A stretch of DNA of 64,000 nt, taken from the IMG/VR virus record IMGVR_UViG_3300042465_003139; one strand, 5' to 3'. The DNA comes from an uncultured virus (IMG/VR IMGVR_UViG_3300042465_003139) (taxonomy: Duplodnaviria > Heunggongvirae > Uroviricota > Caudoviricetes). The translations under genes were made by a program, and so were the position numbers. Below the pieces are notes generated by a model. The model saw only the letters and a program-made list of their open reading frames with translations, was not told where the DNA came from and did no database searches. This document shows, piece by piece, positions 49,584-59,310 of this stretch; the stretch's first letter is position 1, and each line of letters begins with the position of its first letter.

Positions 49584-51446
49584 TTACCTTCCTAAGTTGT
49601 ATTGTTGGTCTATCATTTGTTGATGCAATCTATCGCTACCGCCGGTTAAACCTCTCAATACTCTAGCATTGTCGATCACTCTTTGATTTCTGTAAATTTC
49701 TTTTGGTGCATAAAACTGCGCGTCTGCTAAAGCACCCATATAAGATTCAAAACCCTGTGGCTGTTTTGCGATTGATGCAATTGTAACACCACCAGCCGCG
49801 TCATTATCTTTCACATTCTTTTTAACTGATGGACCTGTTTGTTGTCTTGAAGATGTATCTTCAATTTGAGATTTTTGTGTTGCCATATCAATGATGTTTC
49901 TTTCACCAAATTTAATACCCTCAGATTTTAATTCATCAATTGTAGTTTGAATTTGTCTTGGCGAAACAAGAGAATATGTCACTGGCGCAACGATTGATGC
50001 TACTGTTGAAGTTTCTTGCATTCTGCTTGCATTCTGAAAGTATGAATTTGATACCAATCCAATTTGTATGCCATTAAAAGAATTGCTAGAATCTACTGAA
50101 CCTTGATTAGATGCAGATAGACTCTGATCTCTAGCCGCATTCAATGAGGCAAGACTTGTGGGATTGTTTTCTCTTACTGGCGATATTGCGAACGATTGAC
50201 TTTGTGTTGTCCTTTGATCTACACCGCCTTGTGTTGACGCAGAACTCTGTTGTGCATTAGATGACGCAATGCTTTGTGCCTGTGCAGAAGCGGCTATTGA
50301 TTCTGCTTGTGCTGTTGCTGACGCACCGGCAGAGATTGCCTGTTGAACTGCTTCTTGCACCACCGTCTTTTCAATGTTTCCAATTCTAGATTGTTCGCCT
50401 GATACAATACTCAAAATCTGAGATGTTGATACTGTAGATTTTGGCGCTGAACTAGTCTGAACTTCACCCACTTTTGGTTGTGGATTTGTTGCAGATGGAG
50501 TTGCACTTACGGATGCAACTGAGGATGTAGGCGTTCCTGCTCCAGTTGTTGGACCGCTACTAGTGCTGGTTGTTGCGACAGGTGTTGTTGCGACAACTTC
50601 TGTTGTGGTTGTTGCTGGCGCAGATACGCTAGGTGCTGTTGTGACGGTTGGAGTAATGGTTGCTGTTGTTGGTTCATAAGTTATACTCGCGGTTGGTGTT
50701 GGTGGAACTAACTTAGCCAACGCATCAAGATATCCAGGACATGATGGAGAACTCAATACGTCAACGCTACATGGATCTACAGAATACTTCAGACTGAAAC
50801 TGACGTTATAGATTTCGGGACCATAAGGACCTGCCCATCCATTGTTATCACGACCCACAAATCCATATGTAACATTTCCTAGCGTAGGTGCTGAATATGG
50901 TGTCGTAAAAGTCTTTGAATAATTAAAGTTGGTCCAATTAAATTGATAGTTCAGATTATAAGTATCATACTCTAATAATTTGCCGCCAGAGTCTTTAAGA
51001 TGCACATATGCATACAATGAGTCTGTGCGACCATCATCCCATCCGTTTCCGTTCTTAGCCGTGAAACCAAAATTATATCCATTCACACGCAATCCAGTTC
51101 CTGTGTTTGGAAGAATACTTGCAATCGCTTGAGATTGATATAAGTCTGTCTGACCAAATGAGAAATTGATACTGCCTCCAGGACGAACGATTGCATTTGG
51201 TCCGCAATAACCAGGGTCTCCCCATGCCCAACATGTGAGATTATCCTGATAGACGCCATTCACCCAAGGCGTTGGACCGCCTTGAGTTGTCTGCTGAACA
51301 ACGTTGCCGGTAGTGTAAACTTGCGTAGGGTCTAGTTGACCCGTTGCAGTCACTTGTGCATTACATACCGAATAACTTAAACACAGCAATACCGAGCAAA
51401 CTGCCGATACCAACTTTCTTATATGTGTCATCTGATTTTGGCTCAT
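49584..51446 (-). CDS. exported protein with beta-rich domain and long S/T/Q-rich stalk
   Basis: signal peptide, GRDNNGWAGPYGP, DPC...SPSCPGY, T/S-rich linker. Confidence 0.75.
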   Translation of the reverse strand: MSQNQMTHIRKLVSAVCSVLLCLSYSVCNAQVTATGQLDPTQVYTTGNVVQQTTQGGPTPWVNGVYQDNLTCWAWGDPGYCGPNAIVRPGGSINFSFGQTDLYQSQAIASILPNTGTGLRVNGYNFGFTAKNGNGWDDGRTDSLYAYVHLKDSGGKLLEYDTYNLNYQFNWTNFNYSKTFTTPYSAPTLGNVTYGFVGRDNNGWAGPYGPEIYNVSFSLKYSVDPCSVDVLSSPSCPGYLDALAKLVPPTPTASITYEPTTATITPTVTTAPSVSAPATTTTEVVATTPVATTSTSSGPTTGAGTPTSSVASVSATPSATNPQPKVGEVQTSSAPKSTVSTSQILSIVSGEQSRIGNIEKTVVQEAVQQAISAGASATAQAESIAASAQAQSIASSNAQQSSASTQGGVDQRTTQSQSFAISPVRENNPTSLASLNAARDQSLSASNQGSVDSSNSFNGIQIGLVSNSYFQNASRMQETSTVASIVAPVTYSLVSPRQIQTTIDELKSEGIKFGERNIIDMATQKSQIEDTSSRQQTGPSVKKNVKDNDAAGGVTIASIAKQPQGFESYMGALADAQFYAPKEIYRNQRVIDNARVLRGLTGGSDRLHQQMIDQQYNLGR

Positions 51447-52527
51447 CTAGTTTAGGAATTTTCTCTGGGTTTGCTTCCCAATACATTCTTGCGGCTACTC
51501 CGATTTGACCATCTACTGGACATGGTGTTCCGGCTGCCATCATAGCATCAAAAATTCTACGATCTTGACACATAGTAGCGACTGCCGCAACTTTCATACC
51601 CATATCAAATAGTGTCTTAGATAACTTCAAACGTTCGCAATTCATATCACGAACTGTACCGCCAGAAGACACACCAAAGATTTGCGTCTGAACTGAACCT
51701 GATGTTCCTGTGGTACATAAGTCGTTGTTACCACCACTCATCATTGCAGGCGCAACCGCAGTTGGTGGAGGCTGAATCACACGCTGAGTAATTGTGCTTT
51801 CATTGATGTTGCGATTAGTCATATCACCACTATTAATGTTTTGATTGACGTTCGTATTCTTATTATCGCTTGCTACTGTTGATGTGTTAATATTTCTATT
51901 TGTCATATCACCAGTATTGATATTACGATTTGTATTATCGCTGGTAGACGTTGACGTATTCACATTGTTGTTATTGTTTGTGTTTGTTGTACCACCACTC
52001 ATTACGTTGCGAATAGTTTGATCGCCACTATTAATGTTATTATTAGTGTTTACGTTTGTCGAAGTTGAAGTGCTACTATTGACGTTATTATTATTGAACG
52101 TCTGTGTGCCACTATTAATGTTATTGTTGGTGTTTACATTAGTGTTTGTGCTTGTCGATGCGTTTACATTGTTATTGTTGTAAGTCATCGTTCCGGAATT
52201 GACGTTATTGTTATTATACGTCATTGTTCCAGAATTCACGTTGTTGTTGTTAAACGTCTGAGTACCACTATTAATGTTATTGTTGGTGTTTACATTAGTT
52301 GAAGTGCTGGTGCTAACGTTATTGTTGTTATTTGTGTTTGTGCTGGTGCTGTTTACAGTTGAATCGCTAGTATTCGTGCTTGTTGAAGTGCTATTGTTCG
52401 TGCTATTTACTGTAGATGTGCTTGTTGAGGTGTTATTTGTATTCACCGTTGTGGTTTCTTGGGCTACACCATTCCCATACATCATAACAAAAAGCACCGC
52501 CAATGCGGTCTTTCTGCCGATTGTCAT
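51361..52527 (-). CDS. exported Asn/Thr-repeat protein with Cys-rich C-terminal domain and TM
   Basis: signal peptide; NNNNVNSG/NTNNNINSG repeats; CERLKLSKTL..MGMKVAAV..MCQD...AGTPCP. Confidence 0.8.
   Translation of the reverse strand: MTIGRKTALAVLFVMMYGNGVAQETTTVNTNNTSTSTSTVNSTNNSTSTSTNTSDSTVNSTSTNTNNNNNVSTSTSTNVNTNNNINSGTQTFNNNNVNSGTMTYNNNNVNSGTMTYNNNNVNASTSTNTNVNTNNNINSGTQTFNNNNVNSSTSTSTNVNTNNNINSGDQTIRNVMSGGTTNTNNNNNVNTSTSTSDNTNRNINTGDMTNRNINTSTVASDNKNTNVNQNINSGDMTNRNINESTITQRVIQPPPTAVAPAMMSGGNNDLCTTGTSGSVQTQIFGVSSGGTVRDMNCERLKLSKTLFDMGMKVAAVATMCQDRRIFDAMMAAGTPCPVDGQIGVAARMYWEANPEKIPKLDEPKSDDTYKKVGIGSLLGIAVFKLFGM
51830..52445 (-). repeat. imperfect coding tandem repeats (Asn/Thr-rich)
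   Basis: recurring CCACTATTAATGTTATT and GTTATTGTTG units. Confidence 0.7.
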
Positions 52528-52670
52528 AGTTTTTTACCTCTCTTATTTTTTTGTTTTAGTCATTTGTCCTCTCATATTCATGTTTTAAAATTACCCACCA
52601 TTACGATTTTACAATGCTTATTTAGTAAGTTTGCCGCTTTTGCCTAGTCAGTAATCGCTAACATAACTAA

Positions 52671-52746
52671 AATCAATGACTTAGAGTGTTGTTTTTATGC
52701 AACAAACGCAAAAAACACTTGACAAAGCGTCCCATTGTGGTATACT
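52671..52746 (+). promoter_or_regulatory. early promoter with IHF-like site and GTTG-N8-CAAC
   Basis: AATCAATGACTTA 52671-52683; GTTG-TTTTTATG-CAAC 52688-52703; TTGACA 52719, TATACT 52741. Confidence 0.75.
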
Positions 52747-52752
52747 ATAAGC

Positions 52753-53067
52753 ATGTTGAGAAAAAAACGTTCAGATAGAAACCATGTAATTTATCAGGTG
52801 ACTTGCGTAGACACCGGTGATACCTATATCGGTTTGACTGTCGCACTCGGTCAAGCATATCTTAAGTCCGTCAAAATTCGCTGGCAAAAGCATGTGAGTC
52901 GTGCAATGCGCGAAACTAAAGATTGGACATTCTGCCAAGCAATTCGCGATTTAGCCGATTGTGAATGGCAATATGAAGTTGTCGAAGTTGTTCGTGGTCG
53001 TAAGCCAGCGCACCAGCGTGAGCGTGAATTGATTGCCACTTACGAACCTAGCCTGAATACATTTTGA
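52753..53067 (+). CDS. GIY-YIG nuclease family protein
   Basis: VIYQV...TYIGLT...RWQKH...ERELI...LN. Confidence 0.8.
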   Translation: MLRKKRSDRNHVIYQVTCVDTGDTYIGLTVALGQAYLKSVKIRWQKHVSRAMRETKDWTFCQAIRDLADCEWQYEVVEVVRGRKPAHQRERELIATYEPSLNTF

Positions 53068-53068
53068 C

Positions 53069-53097
53069 TTGACACGGCTCTATAAATATGTTATTAT
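53069..53097 (+). promoter_or_regulatory. nested early and late promoter
   Basis: TTGACA-17 nt-TATTAT with TATAAATA (53081-53088) inside the spacer. Confidence 0.6.
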
Positions 53098-53109
53098 TAT
53101 ATCGTATGA

Positions 53110-53382
53110 ATGGAGAACATTATGGATGCTGATGCAAAGAAAATTTTGAAGGAATCACTAAAGAACATGAATCCTGATGACGCAAAAGCCGCGGCATTGT
53201 GGTTCATTGTTTTCATTACCATAGGAATGTTCCTGTGGTATCTCGGTGCATCTTGGCTAACATTACATGCCGTGAATGCATTGTTTGGTCAAGTTGTTGC
53301 TGTTGAGTTTCCGCAAATGTTTGCAGTTGCGTGGTTTATATTTTTAATTCGTCACTTGGTGGGTAAGGCAAAAGAATCATGA
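53110..53382 (+). CDS. membrane protein
   Basis: two hydrophobic segments. Confidence 0.7.
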   Translation: MENIMDADAKKILKESLKNMNPDDAKAAALWFIVFITIGMFLWYLGASWLTLHAVNALFGQVVAVEFPQMFAVAWFIFLIRHLVGKAKES

Positions 53383-53855
53383 AAATGAAAATGCTTGTTG
53401 GTGCGGTTGTTGCAAGTTTAGCGATGGGTGCATCTGCACAAGAAATTGTTCAACATGGTTATGCTAGAGTTATCTCGGCAGAGCCACTTCAATCTACTGG
53501 ATACAGGACTGTTCCTAGAACCACATGTACCATTGTAGAGAGACAGAGTAATGCTGGTCCTGTTGTGGGTGCAATTGTCGGTGGTGCTGTTGGCAACAAT
53601 ATGGCGAAAGACAGAACCGCAGGAACTGTTGTAGGTGCAATTGCTGGCGCTGTAATCGGAGATCATGTTACTGAAGGTCAAACTGTTCCTCGCGAAAAAT
53701 GCACCACGTATCACGATAGAGAATATTTCAATCAAGTGACTGGATACAATGTCACGATTGAATACGAAGGTGAGTTGAGAACCGTGCGTATGCACCGTCC
53801 TCCTGCTGACCGCGTTCCCGTAAAAGTTGTTAAGCGTGTATATGTGATCGAATGA
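53379..53855 (+). CDS. glycine-zipper 2TM exported protein
   Basis: signal peptide; GAIVGGAVG..GTVVGAIAGAVIG; GYNVTIEYEG. Confidence 0.8.
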   Translation: MKMKMLVGAVVASLAMGASAQEIVQHGYARVISAEPLQSTGYRTVPRTTCTIVERQSNAGPVVGAIVGGAVGNNMAKDRTAGTVVGAIAGAVIGDHVTEGQTVPREKCTTYHDREYFNQVTGYNVTIEYEGELRTVRMHRPPADRVPVKVVKRVYVIE

Positions 53856-54229
53856 AAACTAAATTATGTTATGCTTTGCTTTTTGTAGCAGTTGCCGCAA
53901 AAGCAGAGGTTGTGCTAGTGCAGGATTCTACAAAAGAATCTGGCGATGAATACATGGCAAAGGTTGTGTCGAAGTCTATGATTGTCGACCATATGCCTAG
54001 ACTTGTAAGCAAAAACGTATGCGAAAAAGTTGTAGAGCGAGTTCATATAGATAAGTATGAGAATGTTGTTAGAGTAACGCCTAACAATATGATCAGGTGC
54101 AAAATTATGCACGATGAAGAAATTTTAAATGTTGTTCGTGGATATCAGGTAACGTATGAATATAAGGGTAGACTTGTGACTACCAATATGAATTATGATC
54201 CTGGAGAATTTGTAAAGGTGAAAAATTAA
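53852..54229 (+). CDS. exported protein, paralogous to the preceding gene but lacking the glycine zipper
   Basis: AKVVS...C...C...GYQVTYEYKG...DPG. Confidence 0.7.
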   Translation: MKTKLCYALLFVAVAAKAEVVLVQDSTKESGDEYMAKVVSKSMIVDHMPRLVSKNVCEKVVERVHIDKYENVVRVTPNNMIRCKIMHDEEILNVVRGYQVTYEYKGRLVTTNMNYDPGEFVKVKN

Positions 54230-54230
54230 T

Positions 54231-54557
54231 ATGACACAAGAGGATAAAGAAATGATCAATACTATGATTGATGGATACTATGCACAGGCTACACCCAAGG
54301 AACAAAAGAAGTTTCGAGAGTTTCTGAAGGGTATTCTAAAGAACGAAACCGCAACATTGACTTTCCAAAAGAAAGATGGTACAATGCGTGTTATGAAGTG
54401 TTCTTTGCGTGAAGATCATATGCCGTCTTATGAGAAAAAGACTGAGCGTGTTCGTGCGACAAATGAAGAAACACTTTCCGTTGTCGATCTGGAAAAGAAC
54501 GAATGGCGTTCATTCCGTTATGATTCGATTCGTAGGATTGAATTTTCTATAGGATAA
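54231..54557 (+). CDS. SH3-like (WYL_2-type) protein
   Basis: TFQKKDGTMRVMKCSL...DLEKNEWRSFR. Confidence 0.75.
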   Translation: MTQEDKEMINTMIDGYYAQATPKEQKKFREFLKGILKNETATLTFQKKDGTMRVMKCSLREDHMPSYEKKTERVRATNEETLSVVDLEKNEWRSFRYDSIRRIEFSIG

Positions 54558-54560
54558 AAC

Positions 54561-55691
54561 ATGAAACTGTCGAGAATTTCGACCGGTGGCGAAGAAAAGT
54601 GGTTGGGTCAAGAACCGTCTTGGACTAATCAAGAAACGATGAGTGATGCAGAGAAAAATTCTGCACTCATTGGCGCGTTCAATTGGTATGCTTACTTTGT
54701 TGATACAAAACAATGTAGAACATTCTTACTCGAATACATGCAAGGTGTTGGTCGAAGCAAGGATGAAATTGCTTTGATCAAGTCTTTGACAGATTCCGAA
54801 TTTAATTCTCAGACTGGAAAGATTGCGCGGATGATGAGCCGTGGATTGATTCCTACCGAAAACGTTAAGCAGAAGTTTGTCGAACAATTTAAAGAACTGC
54901 TATTAAAAGCAAAAGAACTTTCCGCAGAAAAACAGGTTGTAGTATCTGTATCTACTGCGCCAGCGCCTTCTATTCAAGATCGTATTCGCGACAAAGCGGG
55001 TGAAGAGATCGGTGAACTAGAAGGCATCGTTGATGACTTTGTGATGAACAAGTGTAAATCAACCATTGACATTGAAAATTATCTCAAAGGACGTAATCTA
55101 TCTTCTGTTGTTGCAAAGAAAATTTGCGACCATTACGTTGGTGTGTCCGAAGAAGTTATGGATGCTATCAATGGCGTTGATGAACAACTTGTTGAAGGTT
55201 ATTCAAACTTTAAGAAGCCAGAACTAAAACGATACAAAGACTTTTTGGATTCAATTGTTGTCGCGACAAACAATCTGAGTGTTACAAATAAACCTGTGCG
55301 TAAGAAGCGCAAGGTGAAAGAAAAGCCCGCAAGTGTTCTAGTTTCGAAAGTAAAGTATATGAAAGACTTTGCTGAACTTGGATTAACAAGTGTGCCGCCA
55401 GAAAAGATGATTGGTGCTTTGCAAGTGTGGACTTTCAATACCAAGACCCGCACGTTGTCTGTATATAACGCATACAATGCAAAAGGCTTGAGTGTTAAAG
55501 GCACTACACTACAAAATTTTGAAGAAAGCACTTCAATCAGCAAGCGACTCCGCAAACCAGAAGTGACTCTCAAAGATGTTCTTGGTGGCGGTAAGATTAT
55601 TCTACGCAAGTTGATGGGTGATTTGTCTACGAAAGAATCCCTAGCCACGGGTCGTATTAATGAAGACACTATTATTGTAAGGGTTTCATGA
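54561..55691 (+). CDS. conserved T4-like hypothetical protein
   Basis: AFNWYAY...QLVEGYS...FNTKTR...KRLRKPE...GRINEDT. Confidence 0.75.
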   Translation: MKLSRISTGGEEKWLGQEPSWTNQETMSDAEKNSALIGAFNWYAYFVDTKQCRTFLLEYMQGVGRSKDEIALIKSLTDSEFNSQTGKIARMMSRGLIPTENVKQKFVEQFKELLLKAKELSAEKQVVVSVSTAPAPSIQDRIRDKAGEEIGELEGIVDDFVMNKCKSTIDIENYLKGRNLSSVVAKKICDHYVGVSEEVMDAINGVDEQLVEGYSNFKKPELKRYKDFLDSIVVATNNLSVTNKPVRKKRKVKEKPASVLVSKVKYMKDFAELGLTSVPPEKMIGALQVWTFNTKTRTLSVYNAYNAKGLSVKGTTLQNFEESTSISKRLRKPEVTLKDVLGGGKIILRKLMGDLSTKESLATGRINEDTIIVRVS

Positions 55692-56155
55692 TCATGACAA
55701 ACTATGAACGACATGCGCGAGATGAATTTCGTGCCGCTGGATGGATTGATGAAAACAATCAATTTGAAGATGAAATGCAAGAAGCCATTTGCAAGCATGT
55801 ATTGAAATTGCTTGATGTATTTGGTGATGAAGGGCATTCAGGTTCTTCTGCTCCATATGCAATTAATCTATTCAAGAAACTTGCATCATTTGAACCTCTT
55901 GTTCCTTTGACTGGTGAAGATTGGGAATGGGTGGATGTTGCAGAACATAATGGTGCCACTCTGTGGCAGAATAAACGTTGCAGTCATGTATTTAAAGACA
56001 ATGACGGCGCATATGATATTAACGGGATTGTTTTCTACGATTGGTACGTAAATGAAGAAGGTGATAAACACAAGTCTTATTTTACTAGTAGAGAAAGCAG
56101 AGTGCCTGTAACTTTTCCATATACACCCACTACAGAATATAAAGAATATGAATGA
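55688..56155 (+). CDS. conserved phage hypothetical protein
   Basis: EGHSGSSA...PL.PLTGED.EW..QNKRCS.VF. Confidence 0.75.
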   Translation: MIMTNYERHARDEFRAAGWIDENNQFEDEMQEAICKHVLKLLDVFGDEGHSGSSAPYAINLFKKLASFEPLVPLTGEDWEWVDVAEHNGATLWQNKRCSHVFKDNDGAYDINGIVFYDWYVNEEGDKHKSYFTSRESRVPVTFPYTPTTEYKEYE

Positions 56156-56714
56156 GAAACTTGATAAAGCATTGTGTGAAAAGTATCCTCTGATCTTTAG
56201 GGATCGCAATGCACCAATGACACAAACTGCAATGTGTTGGGGATTCAGCCATGGTGATGGCTGGTATAACATTATCGATGTGCTATGCGGCATGTTGTAT
56301 AGTCAATATCGACACGCAAAAGACCGATACGAAAATCTTGTAAAATGGAAAGAAGAAGGTGGTGCGTATCCGTGGAAAGGTGGCGAGCCTATCACCAATG
56401 AAATGATTGCCGAAGCAAAAGTAAAGATGGAAGAAGAATCCGAACGTATTCCTGTGGCATCACAAATCAAAGAAAAATTCGGCGGACTACGTTTCTATGT
56501 TGACAGAGCCAGCGAAACGCATTATAATTATATCTCATTCGCAGAAAACATGAGTTACCGAACATGCGAAGAATGTGGTAATGCTGGCACGTATTACCCA
56601 CTTGGATGGCACCGAACTCTATGCGACAAACATGCTGATGAAGCGTATGGCGAAGAAGCCGCAGAATATCGAAATAAAAAGGGCACATGGTCCGATGAGG
56701 AAGAAGAAGCATGA
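56148..56714 (+). CDS. conserved hypothetical protein with zinc ribbon
   Basis: GDGWY, QIKEKFGGLRFY, CEECG, TLC..H. Confidence 0.75.
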   Translation: MNEKLDKALCEKYPLIFRDRNAPMTQTAMCWGFSHGDGWYNIIDVLCGMLYSQYRHAKDRYENLVKWKEEGGAYPWKGGEPITNEMIAEAKVKMEEESERIPVASQIKEKFGGLRFYVDRASETHYNYISFAENMSYRTCEECGNAGTYYPLGWHRTLCDKHADEAYGEEAAEYRNKKGTWSDEEEEA

Positions 56715-57577
56715 TCTTAGTTGACTTGAATCAGGTGATGATTTCAAACCTGATGATGCAAATCAATTCGAATGCATCAAATCAGATTGACGAAAACCTG
56801 ATTCGTCATATGGTTCTCAATTCGTTGAGAATGTATAACGTCAAATTCAAAGATGAATATGGCGAAATGATCATTTGTTCCGATGATAAAAAGTATTGGC
56901 GCAGAGACCTGTTTCCATACTACAAGCATGGGCGCAGGAAGGATCGCGAAGCGTCACCATTTGACTGGAACATGATCTTTGAGACTTTGAATAAAGTCCG
57001 CGATGAGATTCGTGAAAACTTTCCATATCGTGTTGTTCAAGTTGAAAAGACTGAAGCCGATGATGTAATCGGCACACTATGTCATGAATATGGGGTTTAC
57101 CTGAAGAATGCCGATACTGAAAAGATTCTGATTTTATCAAGTGACAAAGACTTTCAACAATTGCAAAAGTTCGTAAATGTTGATCAGTTTAGTCCTATGG
57201 CAAAGAAGTTCATTCGTAATACCGAACCCGATAAATTCCTAAAAGAACATATAATTAAGGGGGATAGAAGCGATGGTATTCCTAATTTTCTTAGTGGTGA
57301 TGATTGCTTTGTTACTGAAAGTCGGCAGAAACCTGTAACTGAGAAAAAACTAAATAACTGGATGGATCAAGAACCTGAGGCTTTTTGTGACGAAAACATG
57401 CTGAGAAACTATCGAAGAAATGAGATGTTGATCGACTTGTCCAAAATTCCTGAGGAATATAAGCAAAACATTCTAGATACATATAAGAACGCTAAACAAA
57501 ACGGTAGAGAGAAGATTTTCGACTACTTAATTAAACACCGCATGAAAATGCTTATGGAACACATTCAGGAATTTTAA
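56711..57577 (+). CDS. rnh: T4 RNase H (5'-3' exonuclease)
   Basis: ILVDLNQ, YWRR..FPYYK, EADDVIG, SSDKDF.QL, GDRSDGIPN. Confidence 0.95.
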   Translation: MILVDLNQVMISNLMMQINSNASNQIDENLIRHMVLNSLRMYNVKFKDEYGEMIICSDDKKYWRRDLFPYYKHGRRKDREASPFDWNMIFETLNKVRDEIRENFPYRVVQVEKTEADDVIGTLCHEYGVYLKNADTEKILILSSDKDFQQLQKFVNVDQFSPMAKKFIRNTEPDKFLKEHIIKGDRSDGIPNFLSGDDCFVTESRQKPVTEKKLNNWMDQEPEAFCDENMLRNYRRNEMLIDLSKIPEEYKQNILDTYKNAKQNGREKIFDYLIKHRMKMLMEHIQEF

Positions 57578-57579
57578 AT

Positions 57580-58026
57580 ATGGCTATTGATATTGGTAAG
57601 ATGACTATACCGGAGATTTTAAAACATGTCTCCGATTTACCTGCCCCTAAAAGGTCAGGCGCTTTGACACAAATTGCAAATCTACGCAAAGAGGTTAAAG
57701 TATTGATGTGGTATGCTTTTCGCAAAGATGTGACTTTTGATTTACCTGAGGGTTCACCCCCATACAAGGAAATGGAAGTTCCCGCAAATATGGGATTGAA
57801 TCGCCTACCTTCCGAAATTCGGAAACTAGAATACTTGCTACCAGCATCAAATCTGAATAGAATCAGAAAAGAAAAAATCTTTATTGAGATTCTGGAAGCA
57901 GTATCACCTGAAGAAGCAAAACTTGTTATTCAGGTGAAAGACAAGAAGTTGTCATATAAAGGCATCAACCGTAAGTTGGTAGAAGAAGCACTACCAGAAG
58001 TTTTTCTAGGAGAACCTAATTCATAA
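57580..58026 (+). CDS. conserved T4-like protein (rnh neighbour)
   Basis: LPEGSPPY...RKEKIFIEILE...EA....KDKKL. Confidence 0.75.
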   Translation: MAIDIGKMTIPEILKHVSDLPAPKRSGALTQIANLRKEVKVLMWYAFRKDVTFDLPEGSPPYKEMEVPANMGLNRLPSEIRKLEYLLPASNLNRIRKEKIFIEILEAVSPEEAKLVIQVKDKKLSYKGINRKLVEEALPEVFLGEPNS

Positions 58027-58030
58027 CGCT

Positions 58031-58216
58031 ATGGCTAAGACTAAAAAATATAACAGTTTTCGCGAATTTTACGAAGACGAAGATCGTCCGCGAAAGAAAG
58101 TAAAGCAGGTAAGTGAATCCCAAAAGAAAAAAGATAAGATGAAGAAGCAATTTAAGTTTCTTGATCCGAAAAATATAAGGGAAGAGGACTTTGATGAATT
58201 CGAAGATTACCAATAG
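58031..58216 (+). CDS. small charged protein
   Basis: basic N-terminus, acidic C-terminus. Confidence 0.6.
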   Translation: MAKTKKYNSFREFYEDEDRPRKKVKQVSESQKKKDKMKKQFKFLDPKNIREEDFDEFEDYQ

Positions 58217-58457
58217 AGACTATGACGGACTCACTCAAAGAGACTTAGACAATTTAAAGTTTCTGATCAACGCATCCAAAGCCACAATCAGGAAGTGGAT
58301 GTCAGTTGTTGACGAAGATGATATACATTATGCACTAGAGTTAATGGCAATGTACCATTTACGTATGTGTGATGCCGCGGTAGAAGATTCTGACCTGAAA
58401 GAGGCTAGAAAACAACTATCCAAAATCGGCATTCATACTACAAACACCGATATCTGA
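58191..58457 (+). CDS. hypothetical protein
   Basis: ORF ending before large intergenic region. Confidence 0.6.
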   Translation: MMNSKITNRDYDGLTQRDLDNLKFLINASKATIRKWMSVVDEDDIHYALELMAMYHLRMCDAAVEDSDLKEARKQLSKIGIHTTNTDI

Positions 58458-58560
58458 CACTAATTTAGACACCCCAAACCGCCCTCTAGGCGGTTTTCTC
58501 GTTGGATTGACACTCTGACACTCACCCCCTAGCAAAAACCGCCCAAAACCGCCCTAAAGC

Positions 58561-58641
58561 GTTGTTTTTTTGCAACATACTGTGTTGTTTTTACCCAACA
58601 TTGAAAATAACCCTTGACATACCCTCCGAATCGTGTAGAAT
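58561..58641 (+). promoter_or_regulatory. early promoter with tandem GTTG-N8-CAAC operators
   Basis: 58561-58576 and 58584-58599 palindromes; TTGACA 58614, TAGAAT 58636. Confidence 0.75.
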
Positions 58642-58671
58642 AGACTCTGTTGATTGAGAAACACGGAGAAA

Positions 58672-59010
58672 ATGATGATGAACGAAGCCCTCGAAACCTT
58701 GAAGAATGACATTGTTGCTGACTATGAAGGTTGGCAAACGTTAAGCGGTAAACCTCGCACCGAGATTCAAGCCCGTATGCTTGATGAGTTTATCAATGGC
58801 ATTCGTATTGATGAAGGTAGCAAGTATATCAAAGTTGTTACTGGTTCTTCCGTTTGGGGTTTTATTGTGAAGACTGATACGGACAAGAAATTCCGTAAAG
58901 GCGACATTCTGAAAGCGGCTGGTTGGGCGGCTCCTGCACGTAACGCGGCTCGCGGTAACATTCTGGATGGTGGCTACACCGTTCGTTGGACTGGTCCTCT
59001 GTATCTGTGA
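58672..59010 (+). CDS. conserved early phage protein
   Basis: KYIKVV..SVWGFIV...GDILKAAGWAAPA..ARGNI. Confidence 0.75.
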   Translation: MMMNEALETLKNDIVADYEGWQTLSGKPRTEIQARMLDEFINGIRIDEGSKYIKVVTGSSVWGFIVKTDTDKKFRKGDILKAAGWAAPARNAARGNILDGGYTVRWTGPLYL

Positions 59011-59018
59011 AAAAAGAC

Positions 59019-59047
59019 TTGACAGGTACTTGGATTGTTGATATAAT
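59019..59047 (+). promoter_or_regulatory. sigma70-type early promoter
   Basis: TTGACA-17 nt-TATAAT. Confidence 0.8.
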
Positions 59048-59076
59048 GGTTGTGTTGAAATTGAGAAAGGCAAGTT

Positions 59077-59310
59077 ATGTCCGCTAAAGAAATTGCAATG
59101 TTCGGTATGACAAAAGAAGATATTCGTGAAGACTACATGGAAGGGCTGACTGCAAAGTTGTCCGGTCTTGAAATGGTCGTAGCAGGTATTCTTTCTGACT
59201 GCCAAGAGTTGACTGCAATGGGTCGAGCCGAAGATGTTCGCAAGCAATTAAATGTTGCGAAGTTTATTCTGTTCGAAATGATGGACGCAAAAAGCACGGA
59301 GACTGTATAA
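59077..59310 (+). CDS. hypothetical early protein
   Basis: ORF after promoter. Confidence 0.7.
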   Translation: MSAKEIAMFGMTKEDIREDYMEGLTAKLSGLEMVVAGILSDCQELTAMGRAEDVRKQLNVAKFILFEMMDAKSTETV

